Below are positions 37,587-51,337 of a stretch of DNA of 64,000 bases, one piece after another. The notes below the pieces were generated by a model. The model was not told the DNA's origin. It ran no database searches and worked only from the letters and a program-made list of their open reading frames with translations. This DNA comes from Felis catus (taxonomy: Eukaryota): NCBI RefSeq assembly GCF_018350175.1, contig NC_058368.1, forward strand, positions 21,268,001-21,332,000. The letters run 5' to 3'. Made by a program: the position numbers and the translations under genes. The first letter of the stretch is position 1; each line of letters begins with the position of its first letter.

Positions 37587-37788
37587 GGGGGGTGCCTGTG
37601 TGGTTCAGTCAGTTAAGTGTCTGACTCCCGATTTAGACTCAGGTCATGATCTCATGGTTCATGAGATTGAGCCCCGCATTGGACTCCATGCTGAGGGTGT
37701 GGAGCATACTTGGGATTCCTTCTCTCTCTGCCCCCCCCCCATTTCTCTCAAAAATAAATACATGTTTAAAAAGTTTAAAATTAAAAAA
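37587..37788 (+). mobile_element. Can-SINE nested in L1
   Basis: TSD aaga(a/g)taaatcag. Confidence 0.93.
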
Positions 37789-38342
37789 AGAGTAAATCAG
37801 GTTATGAGACAATTAGATAATCACAAAGTTTCAAGAGGAAACCAAGAGCAAGGGCAAAGTTGAATGAGAGGGATCATCACCTACACAAGGCCACTCCAAG
37901 ACTGAGAGAGGCAGTTGTTTTATAGAAACAAACACAGAGAGTCAAGCAAAATGGAGGGAACAGAGAAATAGGTTCCAAACAAAATAACAACAACAGCAAA
38001 AAAAAAAAAACCTCAGAAAAAGACCTTAATGATAACAAAGATAAGTAATCCACCTGATAAAGAATTCAAAGTAACAGTCACAAAGATGCTCACCAAACTT
38101 GGGAAGAGAATGCATAAACTCACAGTGAGAACTTCAACAAACATATAAAAAAGATAATAAAGTACCAAACAGAAGCCACAGAGTTGAAAAATATAATAAC
38201 TAAACTAAAATACACACTAGACAGGGTTCAACAGTAGACTAGGTGAAGTACAAGAACAGTTCAGCAAGTTGGAAGATAAAGTAATGGAACTCACCCAGAC
38301 AGAATAACAAAAAAATGAATTTTTAAAAATGAAGATAAATTG

Positions 38343-38523
38343 CAGCACCTGGGTGGCTCAGATGGTTAAACATCTGACTCTTGATTTCGGCTCAGATCAT
38401 GGGGCTCTGCACTTACAATTCAGAGCCTGCTTGTGATTCTCTCTCTCCTACTCTCTCTGCCCCCACACCACTTTGTGCTCTCGCTCTCTCTTTCTCTCAA
38501 AATAAATAAACTTTAAAAGAAAA
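38343..38523 (+). mobile_element. Can-SINE nested in L1 ORF1
   Basis: TSD aaaatgaagataa. Confidence 0.92.
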
Positions 38524-39734
38524 AAATGAAGATAACTTAAGGAATCTGTAAGACATCAAACACAATAACATTTGCACTATAGGGGTCTCAAAAGGAGAAG
38601 AGAGAGAGAAAGTGACAGAAAACTTATGTGAGAAAATCATGGCTCAAAACTTTCCTAACCTAGAAAGAAACCAGAGATCCAGGTTCCAGAAACCCAGAGA
38701 ATTCCAAACTGGATAAACGCAAAAAGAGCTACAACAGGACAGTGAAGGGATGGAAAAAGATATCCCATGCAAATGGAAGCCAAAAGAAAGCTGGTGTAGC
38801 TATATTCATATCAGACAAAATAGATTTTAAAACAAAGACTATAATAAAAGACAAAGACAGGAACATAATGGCAAAGAAGTCAATCCAGTAAGAAGATACA
38901 AGATTTATGAATATATATGCACCAATATAGGAGCACTAAAAAATATAAAGCAAATATTCACAGACCAGAAGGTAGAAATTGACAGCAATGTAGTAATACT
39001 CGGGGAGTTTAACACCACGCTTACATCAATAGATAGATCATCCAGACAGAAAATTGATAAAGAAACACTGGCCCCTTAAATGCACACTAGACCAAACGGA
39101 CTTAATAGATATATACAGAATATTCCATCCAAAACCAGAAGAAACATATTTCTCAAGTGTACATGGAACATTCTCCAGGATTAAACAAATCTCAATAAAT
39201 TCAAGAAGACTGAAATTATACCAAGCATCCTTTCTGACCACAATGATATGAAACTAGAAATCAACTACAAGAAAAAAACTGGGAAAGTCAAAAAAATATG
39301 GAAATTAAACAACATGTTACTTAACAACTGCTGGGTCATAGAAGGAATCAAAAGAAAAAATAAAAAAAATACCTTAGAGACAAAAGAAAACAAGACAAGG
39401 ATGCCCACTATTCCCAATTTTATTCAACATACTACTGGAAGTCCCAGCCACATCAATTAGACAACAAAAAGAAAAGTCATACAAATTGGAAAGAAAGAAG
39501 TAGGACTGTCACTATTTTCAAATGACATATTGTATATAGAAAAAATGTTAAGATTAATAAAACTAATCAATGAACACATAAAACTAATAAATAAATTCAG
39601 TAAAGTTGCAAAATACAACATTAATATACAAATATGTTGTGTTTTTATAATTAATAATGAACTTTCAGAAAGAGAAATCAAGATAACTCTAGTTACAATC
39701 ACATCAGAAAGAATATGATACCTAGGAATAATTC

Positions 39735-39966
39735 TTTTTATTTTTTTAATGCTTATTTATTTTTGAGGGAGAGAGAGAGAGAGGGAGAGGGAGACAGAGC
39801 ACAAGCAGAAGAGGGATAGAGAGAAAGGGAGACACAGGATATAAAGCAGGCTCAAGGCTCTGAGTTGTCAGCACAGAGCCCAACACGGCGTTTGAACTCA
39901 CAAACCATGAGATCATGACCTGAGCTGGAGTCGGATGCTTAGCCAACTAAGCCACCCAGGCACCCC
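39735..39966 (-). mobile_element. Can-SINE nested antisense in L1 ORF2
   Basis: TSD taggaataa. Confidence 0.95.
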
Positions 39967-41026
39967 TATAGGAATAAATTTAACCAGGGAGGGGAAAGAG
40001 TTGTACTCTGAAAATTATATGATATTGAAGAAAGAAACTGAAGAAGACACAAATAAATAAAAAGACATTTCATGTTTATGGACTGGATGAATTAATATTG
40101 TTAACTGTCCATACTACCCAAAGCAACCTACAGATTAAATGCAATCCCTATCAAAATTCTAATGACATTTTTCACAGACCTAGAACAAATAATTCTAAAA
40201 TTCATATGGAATTACAAAAGACCCCAAAGAGCCAAGACAATCTTAAGAACGAAGAACAAAACCAGAATTATCATACTCCTTGATTTCAGAGTAATAGTAA
40301 TTTATTTCAGAGCTATAGTAATCAAAACAGTATGGTATTGGCAAGAAAACAGATACATAGATCAATGGAATAGAATTGAGAGCTCAGAAGTAAATCCATG
40401 CATATATGGTCAATTAATTTACAACTAAAAAGGTGAAAATATACAACAGAAGAAAGACAATCTTTTCAATAAATGGTGTTGGCAAAACTGGACTGCCACA
40501 TGCAAAAAAAATGGGTCTAGACCACTATCTTATATCATATGTAAAAAATGACTCAAAATGGATCAAAGACTGAATGTAATACTCGTAACCATAAAACTCC
40601 CAGAAGAAAACATTTGCAGGAAGCTCTTTGGCATCCGTCTTAGTGATGTTTTTTTTAGATCTGACTACAAAGGCAAGGGAAACAAAAGGCAAAAATAAAC
40701 AGTTAGGATTACATCAAACTACAAAGTTTCTGCACAGAGAAGGAAACAATCAATGAAATGAAAAGACAACCTACTGAACGGGATAAGATATTTGCAAATC
40801 ATATGACTAATAAGGGGTTAATACCCAAAATATATAAAGAACTCATATGACTCAATAACAAAAAAAAAAAAATGGGCAGAGGATCTGAATAGACATTTTT
40901 CCAAAGAAGACATACAGATACCCAACAGGCACATGAAAAGACGCTCAACATCACTAATCATCAGAGAAATGCAAATCAAAACCATAATGAGTTATCAGCT
41001 TACACCTGTCAAAATGGCTATTACCA

Positions 41027-41251
41027 GGGCGTCTGGGTGGCTCAGTCAGCTAAGCATCTGACTCTTGGTTTCAGCTCAGGTCGTGATCTCATGATTCATG
41101 AGTTTAGCCTCGCATCAGGCTCTGTGCTGGTGGTGCAGAGCCTGCTTGGTATTCTGTCTCTCTCCCTCTCTCTCTCTCTGCATCTCCCTGCTTCTCTCCA
41201 TGCCCCCCCTCAAAATAAACAAATATACTTAAAATTTTTTTAATTAAAAAA
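41027..41251 (+). mobile_element. Can-SINE nested in L1 ORF2
   Basis: TSD aatggctatta(c/t)ca. Confidence 0.95.
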
Positions 41252-41576
41252 GAATGGCTATTATCAAAAAGACAAGAAATACAAGTGCTGGTAAAGACAT
41301 AAAAAAAAAGGGAATCCTTGTGCACTGCTGGTAGGAATGTAAACTGGTACAGCCACTATGGAAAACAGTATAGAGCTTCCTCAAAAAATTACAAATAGAG
41401 CTACCATATGATCCAGTAATTCCACTACTGGGTATCTATCCAAAGAAACTGAAAACATTAATTTGGAAAAATATATGCACTTCTATGTTCACTGAAGCAT
41501 TATTTACAACAGCCAAGATAAGGAAACAACATACATGTCCATCAGTGAATGAATGCATAAAGAAGATGTGAGACAG

Positions 41577-41578
<2 letters not shown>

Positions 41579-41617
<39 letters not shown>
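41579..41617. repeat. (AC)n, about 19 units, within L1
   Basis: Read directly from the sequence. Confidence 0.95.
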
Positions 41618-41619
<2 letters not shown>

Positions 41620-42559
41620 GGACTATTATTCAGCTATAAAAAGGAATGAAATCTTGCCATTTGCAATAACATACATGGACCTAAAGGATATTATGCTAAG
41701 TAAAATAAGTCAGACAGAGAAAGATAAATATCACTGATTTCACTTAGATGTGAAATCCAAAAAACAAACAAAATAAAACCCAGACTCATAGATAAAGTGA
41801 AAATATTGGTGGTTGCCAGAGGGGAGGAGATTTGCAGGGTGGGCAAAATGAGTGAAGAAGATTAAGTACAACAAGCTTCCTGTTATAAAATATTTATATA
41901 AAATAAATATATAAGTCATCGGGATATAATGTACAGCATGGAGAATAAAATTAGTAACATTGTATTCACTGTGTAAGGTGATAGATGGTAACTGGGCGAA
42001 TTATGGTGACCATTTCACAATATATACAAATGTCAAATCACAGTGTTGTACACCTGAAATTAACATAATATTGTATGTTAATTATACCTCAATAAGTATA
42101 AATAAATAAATACATACATACATACATACATACACACATACATACATACATAAAAATTTAAAAATAGAAAGCCCATAGAGGAGGATAAATAGTCATTATC
42201 CTTCATATCCACAGAGAATTTCTAAGCAAAAAAAAATAGCACTAATGACAGGTTGTAGATAAATCTTGATAGTCTCAAATGAAAAATGCTATATAAATAT
42301 AAAGGGGGATTTATTAAATCTACTTTGAGTACAAAGGCTCCTAAAGTACATGGCAAAGAAACATATGTTCTGAGATCTTTGAGGGGACAAAGAGGAGGGT
42401 GGTGTATATCCATCATAATACCGTATTGTGAATTTCTCTAAGGGCTGCAGAACACTCTGTAATTATGTTTACTCTCATATGAAGATAGTGGTCTGTGCTC
42501 ACATCCACACAGAGGAAAAGAGGCAACACTACAAAAGTGCAAGAACTGAAAGTGATTTT

Positions 42560-43215
42560 AAGCATCTTCACTCTGCGGATGAAAAAACAGAATCACAGGG
42601 GTGAAGCAAGTTGCCCACAGTTCACACAGTGAATCAGAGGTGAAACAAGACTACAACCCAAGATCCCCACACCCAGCAGTCTGGTGTGTTTGCTTTCACT
42701 GCACCCTCCAGGCCTGTCCCAGAGGCCAAAGCTAAGTCAGAAATTAAATTAATAAGTCAGTCAACACTCAAGTCAACAGGACTGATCCCATCAGACCTTA
42801 GCATGCAACTGAACATGCAGTTTACAGAGAGCATGGGGGGAAAGAGGGTCACTGTAAATACCTGCTGTGTGTCTGTCACTTCTGGGTGCTATATGTACAC
42901 TCACAGTACATGATGCAAAGTTATTCTCTCATCATCTCACAGTCAGTGAGTAAATAAATATTTCCTGGGGAACCATTATATGCTAAGGACATTTCTAGGC
43001 CCTAGAGATAATGCTGAACAAGACAGAGTCTCTCCCTTCATAGAATTACACTGTAGTTGGAAGAGACAAAAAATAAACAAGTCAACTAATGAATACACAA
43101 GAGAGTAGTAAGTGCTAAACAGAGAAATAAAATGAAGTGATGCAATGAAGTGTGACAAGAGGGGAAGCGGTTGAGTGGGTACTGCCTCATCTTGGGTGGT
43201 CAGGGAAGGCCTTCT
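42560..43215 (-). mobile_element. MIR (about 42560-42700) and L2 (about 42945-43215) fragments
   Basis: gttgcccacagttcacacag MIR core; aacaagacagagtctctcccttcatag and ggtggtcagggaaggccttct L2 phrases. Confidence 0.7.
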
Positions 43216-44199
43216 CCAGGTCTCCTTCATACTGACTCTAAAAAGGACATGAAATTGGGCACCAGGCATGAACTTTCACATGAGAAGGCATGAAGATGGC
43301 CTGGAACCTGATGTCTAGGATAAAACCAGGTCAGAAGTCAGGGCAGACCATGTATGAGCCTGCGTGTGAAGGCGCATGTCTGTCCAAGTATCACCAACGG
43401 AAGCAGGAGAAAACGGGCTGAGGGCAGTTCAGAAGAACTTTCTGTAACAGTTTGCTGCTGTTTCCTTTGGTTTTTATTAGGCTGAGCTACTTAATATGCA
43501 ATGGTTTTCACCCTGTGGCCTTCATTCCTCAAGGCTCTAATAATATTCAATTGCCCCCCTTCTCTCCACATGACTCCTTTCTTCTTTTAACTGGATGTAA
43601 CTGTTTCATGACCAAAGTGATAGGGATGACTATTCAAGACCCCTATGCTAATCACAAGCATTTTCTGGACCAAAGTGGTAGAAATGCTGCCCTAATGGGC
43701 ATTCCAATAAGCATAAACAGATTGAACCCAAAGTGAGTGCAATACCATCAGGACTTCTTAAGGGAAAACAGCAACGAGATGTTGGAATTAATTTGAGGCC
43801 TCTGACATTGACAGAGTTGGAACCAACACAAAGCTCAAAAAGTCAATCTGCTCTGGGAATGTTAAAAGGAAACACTTGTTTGGAACGAATTTTTAAGTGT
43901 GAAAAAGAAAGACTATTTTGGGTGGAATTTGTGAGCAGCGAGTCTGACCACACACTGGGGGCTGAGAGATGTATCACTGAGGGAACCGTGGTCCAGCTCC
44001 CAGCAGTTTTCATGCCCAGCACCCAGTTGAGAAATCGTGTGCTCTGATTCATGTCTGCAATGTGCCAAATGACTCCACTGGGAGTGAATCTGACTCTCGA
44101 ATCCAATCTCGGTCTAATTTCCGTTCTTCCTTCTCTTCACCCCAGCATTCCTTATTTCTGCATTCCGTAGTGATCGTGTACATTTTAAGAACCGCACAC

Positions 44200-44267
44200 C
44201 TTGAGTTTAACTGTTTCATAAATCACTTCCTCATTCTCCAGTGGTAAATGGAAGTTCACATGGAATG
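44200..44267 (-). other. Possible exon (68 nt), open frame FHVNFHLPLENEEVIYETVKLK (phase 1-0)
   Basis: Protein-like translation in a repeat-free block. Donor AAG|gtgtgc and acceptor gaagtgcag| are both weak; an alternative acceptor would start the exon at 44315. Confidence 0.3.
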
Positions 44268-45317
44268 CTGCACTTCAGCGACAGGGTTCCGTTTGAACCC
44301 ACCAGACCAAACTTCCTGTAACACATCCCCAGACCAGATTAAAGTCAACAGGCTAAAGGACTACACGCCTGAGGCAAGTCTACCCACTGCATGTCTGAGC
44401 TAGTTGTGGCGTGTTTTATGACATCTCTCCCTACTCTTGGCATCTGGATGGACACTCAATCTTTTATTTGCCTCATTGGTGTGGTATTCAGGAACATTTT
44501 GGATCACTGGGGAGAGGATTACATGCTATTTTAATTTATCTTCCTGGGTAGCTTTTTCTACCATGATATCAAGCACCAGTGGATCCTGGAAAGTGCTCTT
44601 CTCATGACCAACATGCCTGGAAAACATCCAGTCACCTCCCAAATTCCATCATCCTACTGTACCTGTGATGATGAGGTGATAATAATATGAGCACCTTAAG
44701 ACACTGAGTTACAAGAAGCAGATTCCCAAGACTAGGGGAGCAGAAATACATCTGGGAAACTTCTGGCTACACAAGGCTAAGGATGCCTTCCTATTCTGAA
44801 AATTCCAACTCGTATCCCTTGATTTGCTAATTCAGAAAGGTAAAATTCTCCTTTGCTTCTCATTGAAAGCACCTAATAATGCATTCTATATGATCATCGC
44901 CCTTGGAATGGTTAATTTTCCATTTAAAACTAATGCAACTTTGCCTTAATACTTAGATGTGAAACTTTTTGTTCTTTGAAGTGATTAGAGAATTTGCAAA
45001 TGATTTTTATGGTGTGATAATAATAATAGAGATCTCCTGATAATTCTCACTGGGGTAATGGAGAAAAAATTTTCATACTTTAAGTTATATTTATAGCGTT
45101 TCAATTTTAACATATTCTTTAGATATAAACATGATATTTCAGGTAATCACTGAAATTTGCCTCAGTTCAACTTTTTCTAAATCAATAAAGGAAACTTTAA
45201 AATTATGAGCTATACAGATGATAAAAATAACATGGTATGTTATACATAAAATGTATATAAATGTATAAACAATACCTATAGCGTAAAGGTTTAACGTTTA
45301 AGAGATCATATATTTTA

Positions 45318-45471
45318 GGGGTGTCTGGGTTGCTCAGTTGGTTAAGTGTTTGCCTCTTGGTTTAAGCTTAGGTCATGATCTCACAGTTTGTGAGTTCAAG
45401 CCTCACGTAGGGCTCTGCACTGTCAGTGTGGAGACTGCTTGGGATTCCCTCTCTCTCGCTCTCTCTCTCTG

Positions 45472-45527
<56 letters not shown>

Positions 45528-45562
45528 AAATAAATAAATAAACTTTAAAAATAAAAAAATAA
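45318..45562 (+). mobile_element. Can-SINE with expanded (CT)n
   Basis: Head, long (CT)n at about 45448-45524, (AATA)n tail. Confidence 0.95.
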
Positions 45563-45751
45563 TGTATATTTTAAAATTTTGTAGCTCACTTTATCATCTT
45601 TTTCCTCATTTCAGATCGCCTGGACCAAATGCATGGAATGAAGAACTATGATTTTACATAACTATATATAATATTCTGTAACATATATGTTGTAAATTGC
45701 TAGTTTTGTTTTATTAAACATAATGGTATATTGTGCAAGGTTAACAGATAT

Positions 45752-46395
45752 ATTCTCAACCCTCATTATTCTCAGATTCTGTATTTGCAAATTTCCCTAC
45801 TTGGTAAGATTTATTTGTAACTCCAAAAGCAATGCTCACAGCACTTCTGTAGTCTTTTGCAAATATGAGGAACAGTGAAATGTTTGAATTACCTAATGCA
45901 CACATTCCCAACTGGGATCGAAGAAGCGACTCTGCCTTTTTGTTTCGGCTCTTACGGTATAAATAAGGATCCTCTTCAAAGTTACTTAGTGCCACATTTT
46001 TTCAAATTTTTATGCTTTTTGTTGGTAATTTCACTGTTTAAAATGGGCCCAAGTATTGTGCGAAAGTGCCGTCTAGTGTCCCTAAGTGCAAGGAGGCTGT
46101 GATTTGCCTTACAGAGAAAATACTTGTGTTAGATAAGCTTCATTCAGGCATGAGTTATAGCGCTGTTGGCTGTGAGTTCAATGTTAATGAATCAATGGTT
46201 TATTAAATAAGGCAAACAGAAACACACAGAAAAAAAGGTTATGTATTGATCAGTGACAAAAATGTTGTGACCAGAGGCTGGCAGGAACTGAAGCCTATAT
46301 TTCCCCTAGGAGCAATGGTTCAGTATGCACTAATCCAGTGTTCACAGTGACATTACAGAACGTAACTCCCACGTACTTGAAAGCACAAGCACCGT
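45752..46395. mobile_element. TcMar-Tigger non-autonomous DNA transposon (MER82-like), near full length
   Basis: cctcattattc..gattctgtatttgcaaatt start; gttagataagcttcattcaggcatgagttatag; ttcccctaggagcaatggttcagtat near the end; matches my recollection of the MER82 consensus. Confidence 0.85.
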
Positions 46396-47369
46396 GACTA
46401 AGGTTCTCTTTCCAGGGTGTAGCTTAGTGCTATTAAAATGGCTTCTTTATGCTGCTTATCAGATGGTGCTTCCCAAGGGGCAAGGGACCAGGAGGAAAGT
46501 AGTAACCAGCAACACTGGGGGCCGGAACAGGGTTTCCTACGGAGGGGAGCCCTGTAAGCCAGAGCTGTCATGTGAGGAGGAGCCCAGGGCAGCTCACAGA
46601 CGCTTTGTCCCACAAGGAGCCTTATCAGGACTGAGGCGTGCATTCTGTGGCTGGTTACTGCCCCTAAACGGGACAAGATGAGAATGGAGAATCAAGAGGC
46701 TCAGAAAGTGAACCAGGCAGAGGTCCAAAGAGAAGACAGGAAGGTAGGGTGTGGAGGTTTCACTGCATCAGGATCCAGGAGTCTGCTGAGAAGTGAGATG
46801 TGGGATTGTGACCTCTGGCCTGCAGGGAGGGAGGTGACAGTGGACAGTGGCCAGTGCTGACAGCTACCTGAGTAACCTCTGAGGGAAATGGACAAACTCA
46901 TCCCCAAGGATCCTTACAAGCCCTTTGGGTACATGATAAGGTGATCATAAGAAAAAATAGTGAAGCTTGGCAGATCAGCTTTGTTGGTTTTTACTAAAAT
47001 TCTTGCTTGCCATCAGAGTCCTTAAAAGAGAAACAAGCATCTTTTGGGGACCACGGTTCCACCAGTCTATGGCAGAATAACAGTGGTTAGTAATATAAAA
47101 TGTCTTTTTACTTTCTCAGGCTGTAACAAAAAGGGAGAAAGGTTTGTTGTTGTTGTTTTATGTATGGTTATCTCCAATGATTACATCAACCTAGTCTTCT
47201 TTTTATTAACTTTTATTATAAAATTTTTCAATCCTACACAAAAGTAGAGAGAATCATTCTAATAGACTCCTATGTGCCCATCCCTTCCTTCAATAATTCT
47301 CAACATTTTAGTCCAGTTTTTTTTTTTTTGCCCTCTTATTTGACTAATGGAGCTTGCATATATTTTTTC

Positions 47370-47712
47370 CTTCAACAGGTAGCTTTCAGCTACTGCCATG
47401 TCAGGCACTTTTCAAGTACTAGAGATGCATAAGTGAATAAAGAAAATAGGTAGAAAGTACCTGTTGTCAAGGAGCTTACATCTGACTAAGATAAATAACA
47501 GCTAATCTTACTGACAGCCATGGGCCTTTACTTCAATTATTTCATTTAATTCTCACAACAACCCCCAATGAGGTATGTACTCTTATTATCCTCTTTTTGT
47601 ACTGACGAGGAAATTGTAATACAGAGAGGTTAGGTAATCGCCCAAGGTCACACAGCTACCAAATGTAGATGAGGTTCAAATTGATTCCAGAGTCTATGTT
47701 CTTAACCATCAC
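47370..47712 (-). mobile_element. L2 fragment followed by MIR
   Basis: gtcaaggagcttacatct (L2); gaggaaatt...gaggttaggtaatcgcccaaggtcacacagct (MIR). Confidence 0.8.
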
Positions 47713-47919
47713 ACATACAGCTTCTCTACACCTCAGTAAGCTCTGCCTCTTGCAAAAAATCACTGCTTTACAGAATCCTGGGCTTCTCTGACTTCTCTGA
47801 CATGATGAGAATTATAAGAACCAGGTACATGTCAGCTATATAGCCCTTTTTCCCCATTCATATTGATCTCATGGAATCTTTATATTAACAAATACATAAA
47901 TAAATAATAAAAAAGATCA

Positions 47920-48145
47920 GGGGTGTCTGGGTGGCTCAGTTGGTTAAGCTTTCGACTCCTGATTTCAGCTCAGATCGTGATCTCATGGTGCGTGAGATTG
48001 AGCCCCCGGGTCAGGCTCCTCACTGACAGTGTGGAGCCTGCTTGGGATTCTCTCTCTCCCTCTTTCCCTCTGCCCCTCCCCTGCTCACACACTCGTGCTG
48101 TCTCTCTCTCCCTTTCTCAAAATAAATAAATAAACTTCAAAATAA
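47920..48145 (+). mobile_element. Can-SINE (older subfamily)
   Basis: Head, (CT)n, AATAAA tail. Confidence 0.95.
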
Positions 48146-48294
48146 TTAATATTAAAAAGTTATGGTCATTTGTCCTTGTTGGTCCTACTTCCCTTAAAAG
48201 ACTTTGTCTTTTTGTAGATTCCAAATAAATATTATAGCGAATTAAACTGCTTTCTCTTAACTCTCAAAATCCTACATTTTCTACCCTAATATTA

Positions 48295-48525
48295 AAAATA
48301 GCTAACATTTATTGAGTCTCTGCTATGTGCCAGGCTCTGGGCTAAGTACTCTAGGTGCCTTCATACAGACCTCACAAAAAGCTCTGTAAGATAAATGTTA
48401 TTATCCCCATGCTAAGCCTGTGGAAATGAAGGTACAAACAGATTATGTAACCCATCTGAGTTCACATAGCTACAGAGTGGCAGAACCAGAACTTGACTTT
48501 AATCCACATTCCTAACTACACTATC
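48295..48525 (-). mobile_element. MIR SINE
   Basis: aatagctaacatttattgag...tatgtgccaggc terminus. Confidence 0.85.
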
Positions 48526-49129
48526 CCTACCTCGACCTTAGAGGAATTCTCTACACTACAAAATCTGGAACTCTTTTGATGTTTCAGTAGAAATATTTTA
48601 TATGTATCATATAATAATAGTTCTCAAAACAAAGATTTTCAGCCTACTATTGTTCCACTCTACATTTCAAGTTTCATTAAAAACTTGAGTTAGTTCGCCA
48701 AGGAGCCTGGGAGTTTTATTTTCTGACTAATTATCTCATCTATTTTATCATTCAAGACTGGAGTAAACCAACACATGTGCAGTTTTTATGACTATCCTTT
48801 CATGTTACAGGTATCTTAAGAGACAGCAAAGGGAGCCAGAACCAGGATAGAAATCACATACTGAGGAAAACATCCAATAATATAGATCCTATTTCAAGCC
48901 ATAAATTATCAAGCAAGGACTAGTAGAGTACCTACCAATTTTTGTTTAATTAATTAATTAATTTTAAAGTTATATGTGAATAAGTCAGTCTCTCTTTTTG
49001 AAAAGTAGTCGTGAAATTCCATAAACAAGCTACTTATGTTACTGGTTGTTTAAACTGTTTCACTGGGTAACAGAAACCTCCCAACCTCCACTCTAGGTAA
49101 GGCACACGATTGGATGGTCTCACACCTTG

Positions 49130-49345
49130 CCACACATCTTGTAGACCTTAGCATATTATAATAATTGGTCTGCATGCCTTCTGAAGCAAACTATAAGCTC
49201 CTTGAAAGTAAGCATTTCTGGATCATGGTCACTGTTGAATTTCTAGCGCTCAGCATAGTGCCATGGTGATACAGGACAGATCAAATACGTTTCACTGAAA
49301 TGAGTGAATTAGTGAATAAGTTAGTGAATAAATGAATGCATGGAA
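49130..49345 (+). mobile_element. L2 3' end
   Basis: actataagctccttgaaag...gaataaatgaatg terminus. Confidence 0.7.
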
Positions 49346-49599
49346 TAGGCATTCTAGTACCAGACAGGACAATGGGGGCTACCCAACTCATTTTGGCACC
49401 ATCTCTCCTCAGGCCACGAGGAAGTTCAAGTACATTCACTCAATCAGGCTTTCCTCAGACGGGAGTCCTAGCTGTTCTATCATCCTCTCCTTTTTCCTTT
49501 TTCTTTCTAGTTTTTGTCTTGAGTTCGTCTGTGTTGGTCTTGGTGTGTCTGCGTTCTTACCTATGTTAACTCTTCTTTATTTAAAAAAAAACCTAAATT

Positions 49600-49806
49600 G
49601 GGGCGCCTGGGTGGCTCAGTCGGTTAAGCGTCCGACTTCAGCTCAGGTCACGATCTCACGGTCCGTGAGTTTGAGCCCCGCGTCGGGCTCTGGGCTGATG
49701 GCTCGGAGTCTGGAGCCTGCTTCCGATTCTGTGTCTCCCTCTCTCTCTGCCCCTCCCCTGTTCATGCTCTGTCTCTCTGTCTCAAAAATAAAAAAAACTT
49801 TTAAAA
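49600..49806 (+). mobile_element. Can-SINE (young felid type)
   Basis: CpG-rich body; TSD aaaaa(c/t)ctaaatt. Confidence 0.97.
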
Positions 49807-50629
49807 AATCTAAATTAATAAATACACTCTAGATACTCCACATTAACTTACGATGACTAACATGCACCCAAGTTCACCTACTAGAGAATTCTCTATGCAT
49901 AAAGAAATGTTCCAAAACTTTACTTCTGGCCAAAGAGCTGCATATTATTTTTACTTTCCCAGAGAATTACCTTTAATGTCATTGAATTTTTCACATATGG
50001 TTAGATGATTTGCAGCTAATGATTTGGGAATTACATTGACCCTCAGTTAACCCTTTTCTACCTAAAATTAAATTTTGCAGCTACCCAAAACATTGGGAAA
50101 TCCAATGCCCCCAAGGGCTTTGCAGTTAAAATCATAACACAAAGGCTTAACATCTATAGAACCCCTCTCTGAATTTCTGGAATTATTTTATATCATTAAA
50201 AGGAATTAAAAAAACAGGGAAGGAAGAGAAAAGGTGATAGAAAGGTATCAGCATCATGTTTTCCTGATATTTCTCAGTACTCACATCTCCTTTTCATTCC
50301 TTTCAATGTAGCCACTGGACCCTGAAGTGCAGTACAGAGATGGTATTAGAGAAGACTCTAGGCTGGAGCTGGACCACCCCAGTAAGTAACTCTCTGTGGC
50401 TCAAGGTCAGAAACAAATCTCTACCTATGGCCAGGAAATGAAAATTCACCTGACTCAGGTGCTGTAACTCCAGCCATCTCCAGCCAAAACTAGTCTACAA
50501 GATTTCTCATCCCTGCTACTTTACAGGATTCCAATAACAGGCTCATGAGTAGGGATCCAGGTCTGAACACAAACCTTTGAAGCAGAGAAGAGCATTTGAT
50601 TCTGAGAATGTCACAAAATAGAAAGGGTG

Positions 50630-50830
50630 ATGTGCTCAGAGTCTGAGAGCTGGGTCCTAATCCCAGTTCTACCACTAACTTGTGTGACAAAAGGTGGCTT
50701 CCTTCACCTGTCTACACTCTGGTTTCCTCACCTATAGAAAAAGGATACCCACCCTGCCCATATATTGTGAAAACAAATCAACAGGTGACTTCATGCTCTG
50801 AAAAGTTAAAGCACCTCACAAAAGGTTTCT
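50630..50830 (+). mobile_element. MIR SINE
   Basis: ctgggtcctaatcccagttctaccactaacttgtgtgac...ggtttcctcacctata. Confidence 0.75.
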
Positions 50831-51337
50831 CTTGTGGAGCCCCTCCAAGAAGCCGTCTTGGGCACTGAACAACAAATACTTCCTTCAGAACCACTTCTGT
50901 CATCTCCCAGGGTGTAGCTCAGAAAGGAAAAAAAAAAAACCCGCACTCAGTTAATGGGCTATTCCTCCTCCTTTTCTTCCTAGAAAAAAGAAAAATAATA
51001 ACTACAACAACTATCACTATTGAGCATTGTATCAATCATTTCACTTGCTTTGTCTCACTTGATTTCCACACACACACAAAAATCCTTTGTTAGTAACTAT
51101 CAGTAGCTACATTTTAAGTGTCAGTAAGCATCATTTTACCAATACCGATCATTTTACTAATTACTGGTCATTTATCAGTATCAGTAGCCCCATTTTAAAA
51201 GGGACTGAAAATGATTTTAAATGACTTGCCCTACTAACATTTCCTAGGAACTTCCAAACCTCAGTGTAAGGTAGGAAGAAATCCCTTCATGTCAGAATTT
51301 CAGGCATTGTAGCAAGCTGGTCAGAAAAAGAATTTGT

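Larger units (their letters stand above)
35790..42160 (+). mobile_element. Older carnivore LINE-1: long 5'UTR, partial ORF1, internally deleted ORF2, 3'UTR and (TAAA)(TACA)n tail; five nested SINEs
   Basis: ORF1 phrases at about 37950-38740; endonuclease region at 38740-39390 (LDQTDLIDIYRIFHPK); RT/C-terminal fragments (40162-40428 [15 protein letters not shown]); 3' end ...ttgtatgttaattatacctcaataa. Confidence 0.95.

Noticed and set aside
49332..49832. 166-aa ORF with a hydrophobic stretch
   Set aside because: It begins in an L2 end and runs through a Can-SINE (WGAWVAQSVKRPTSAQV is SINE translation); no splice support.
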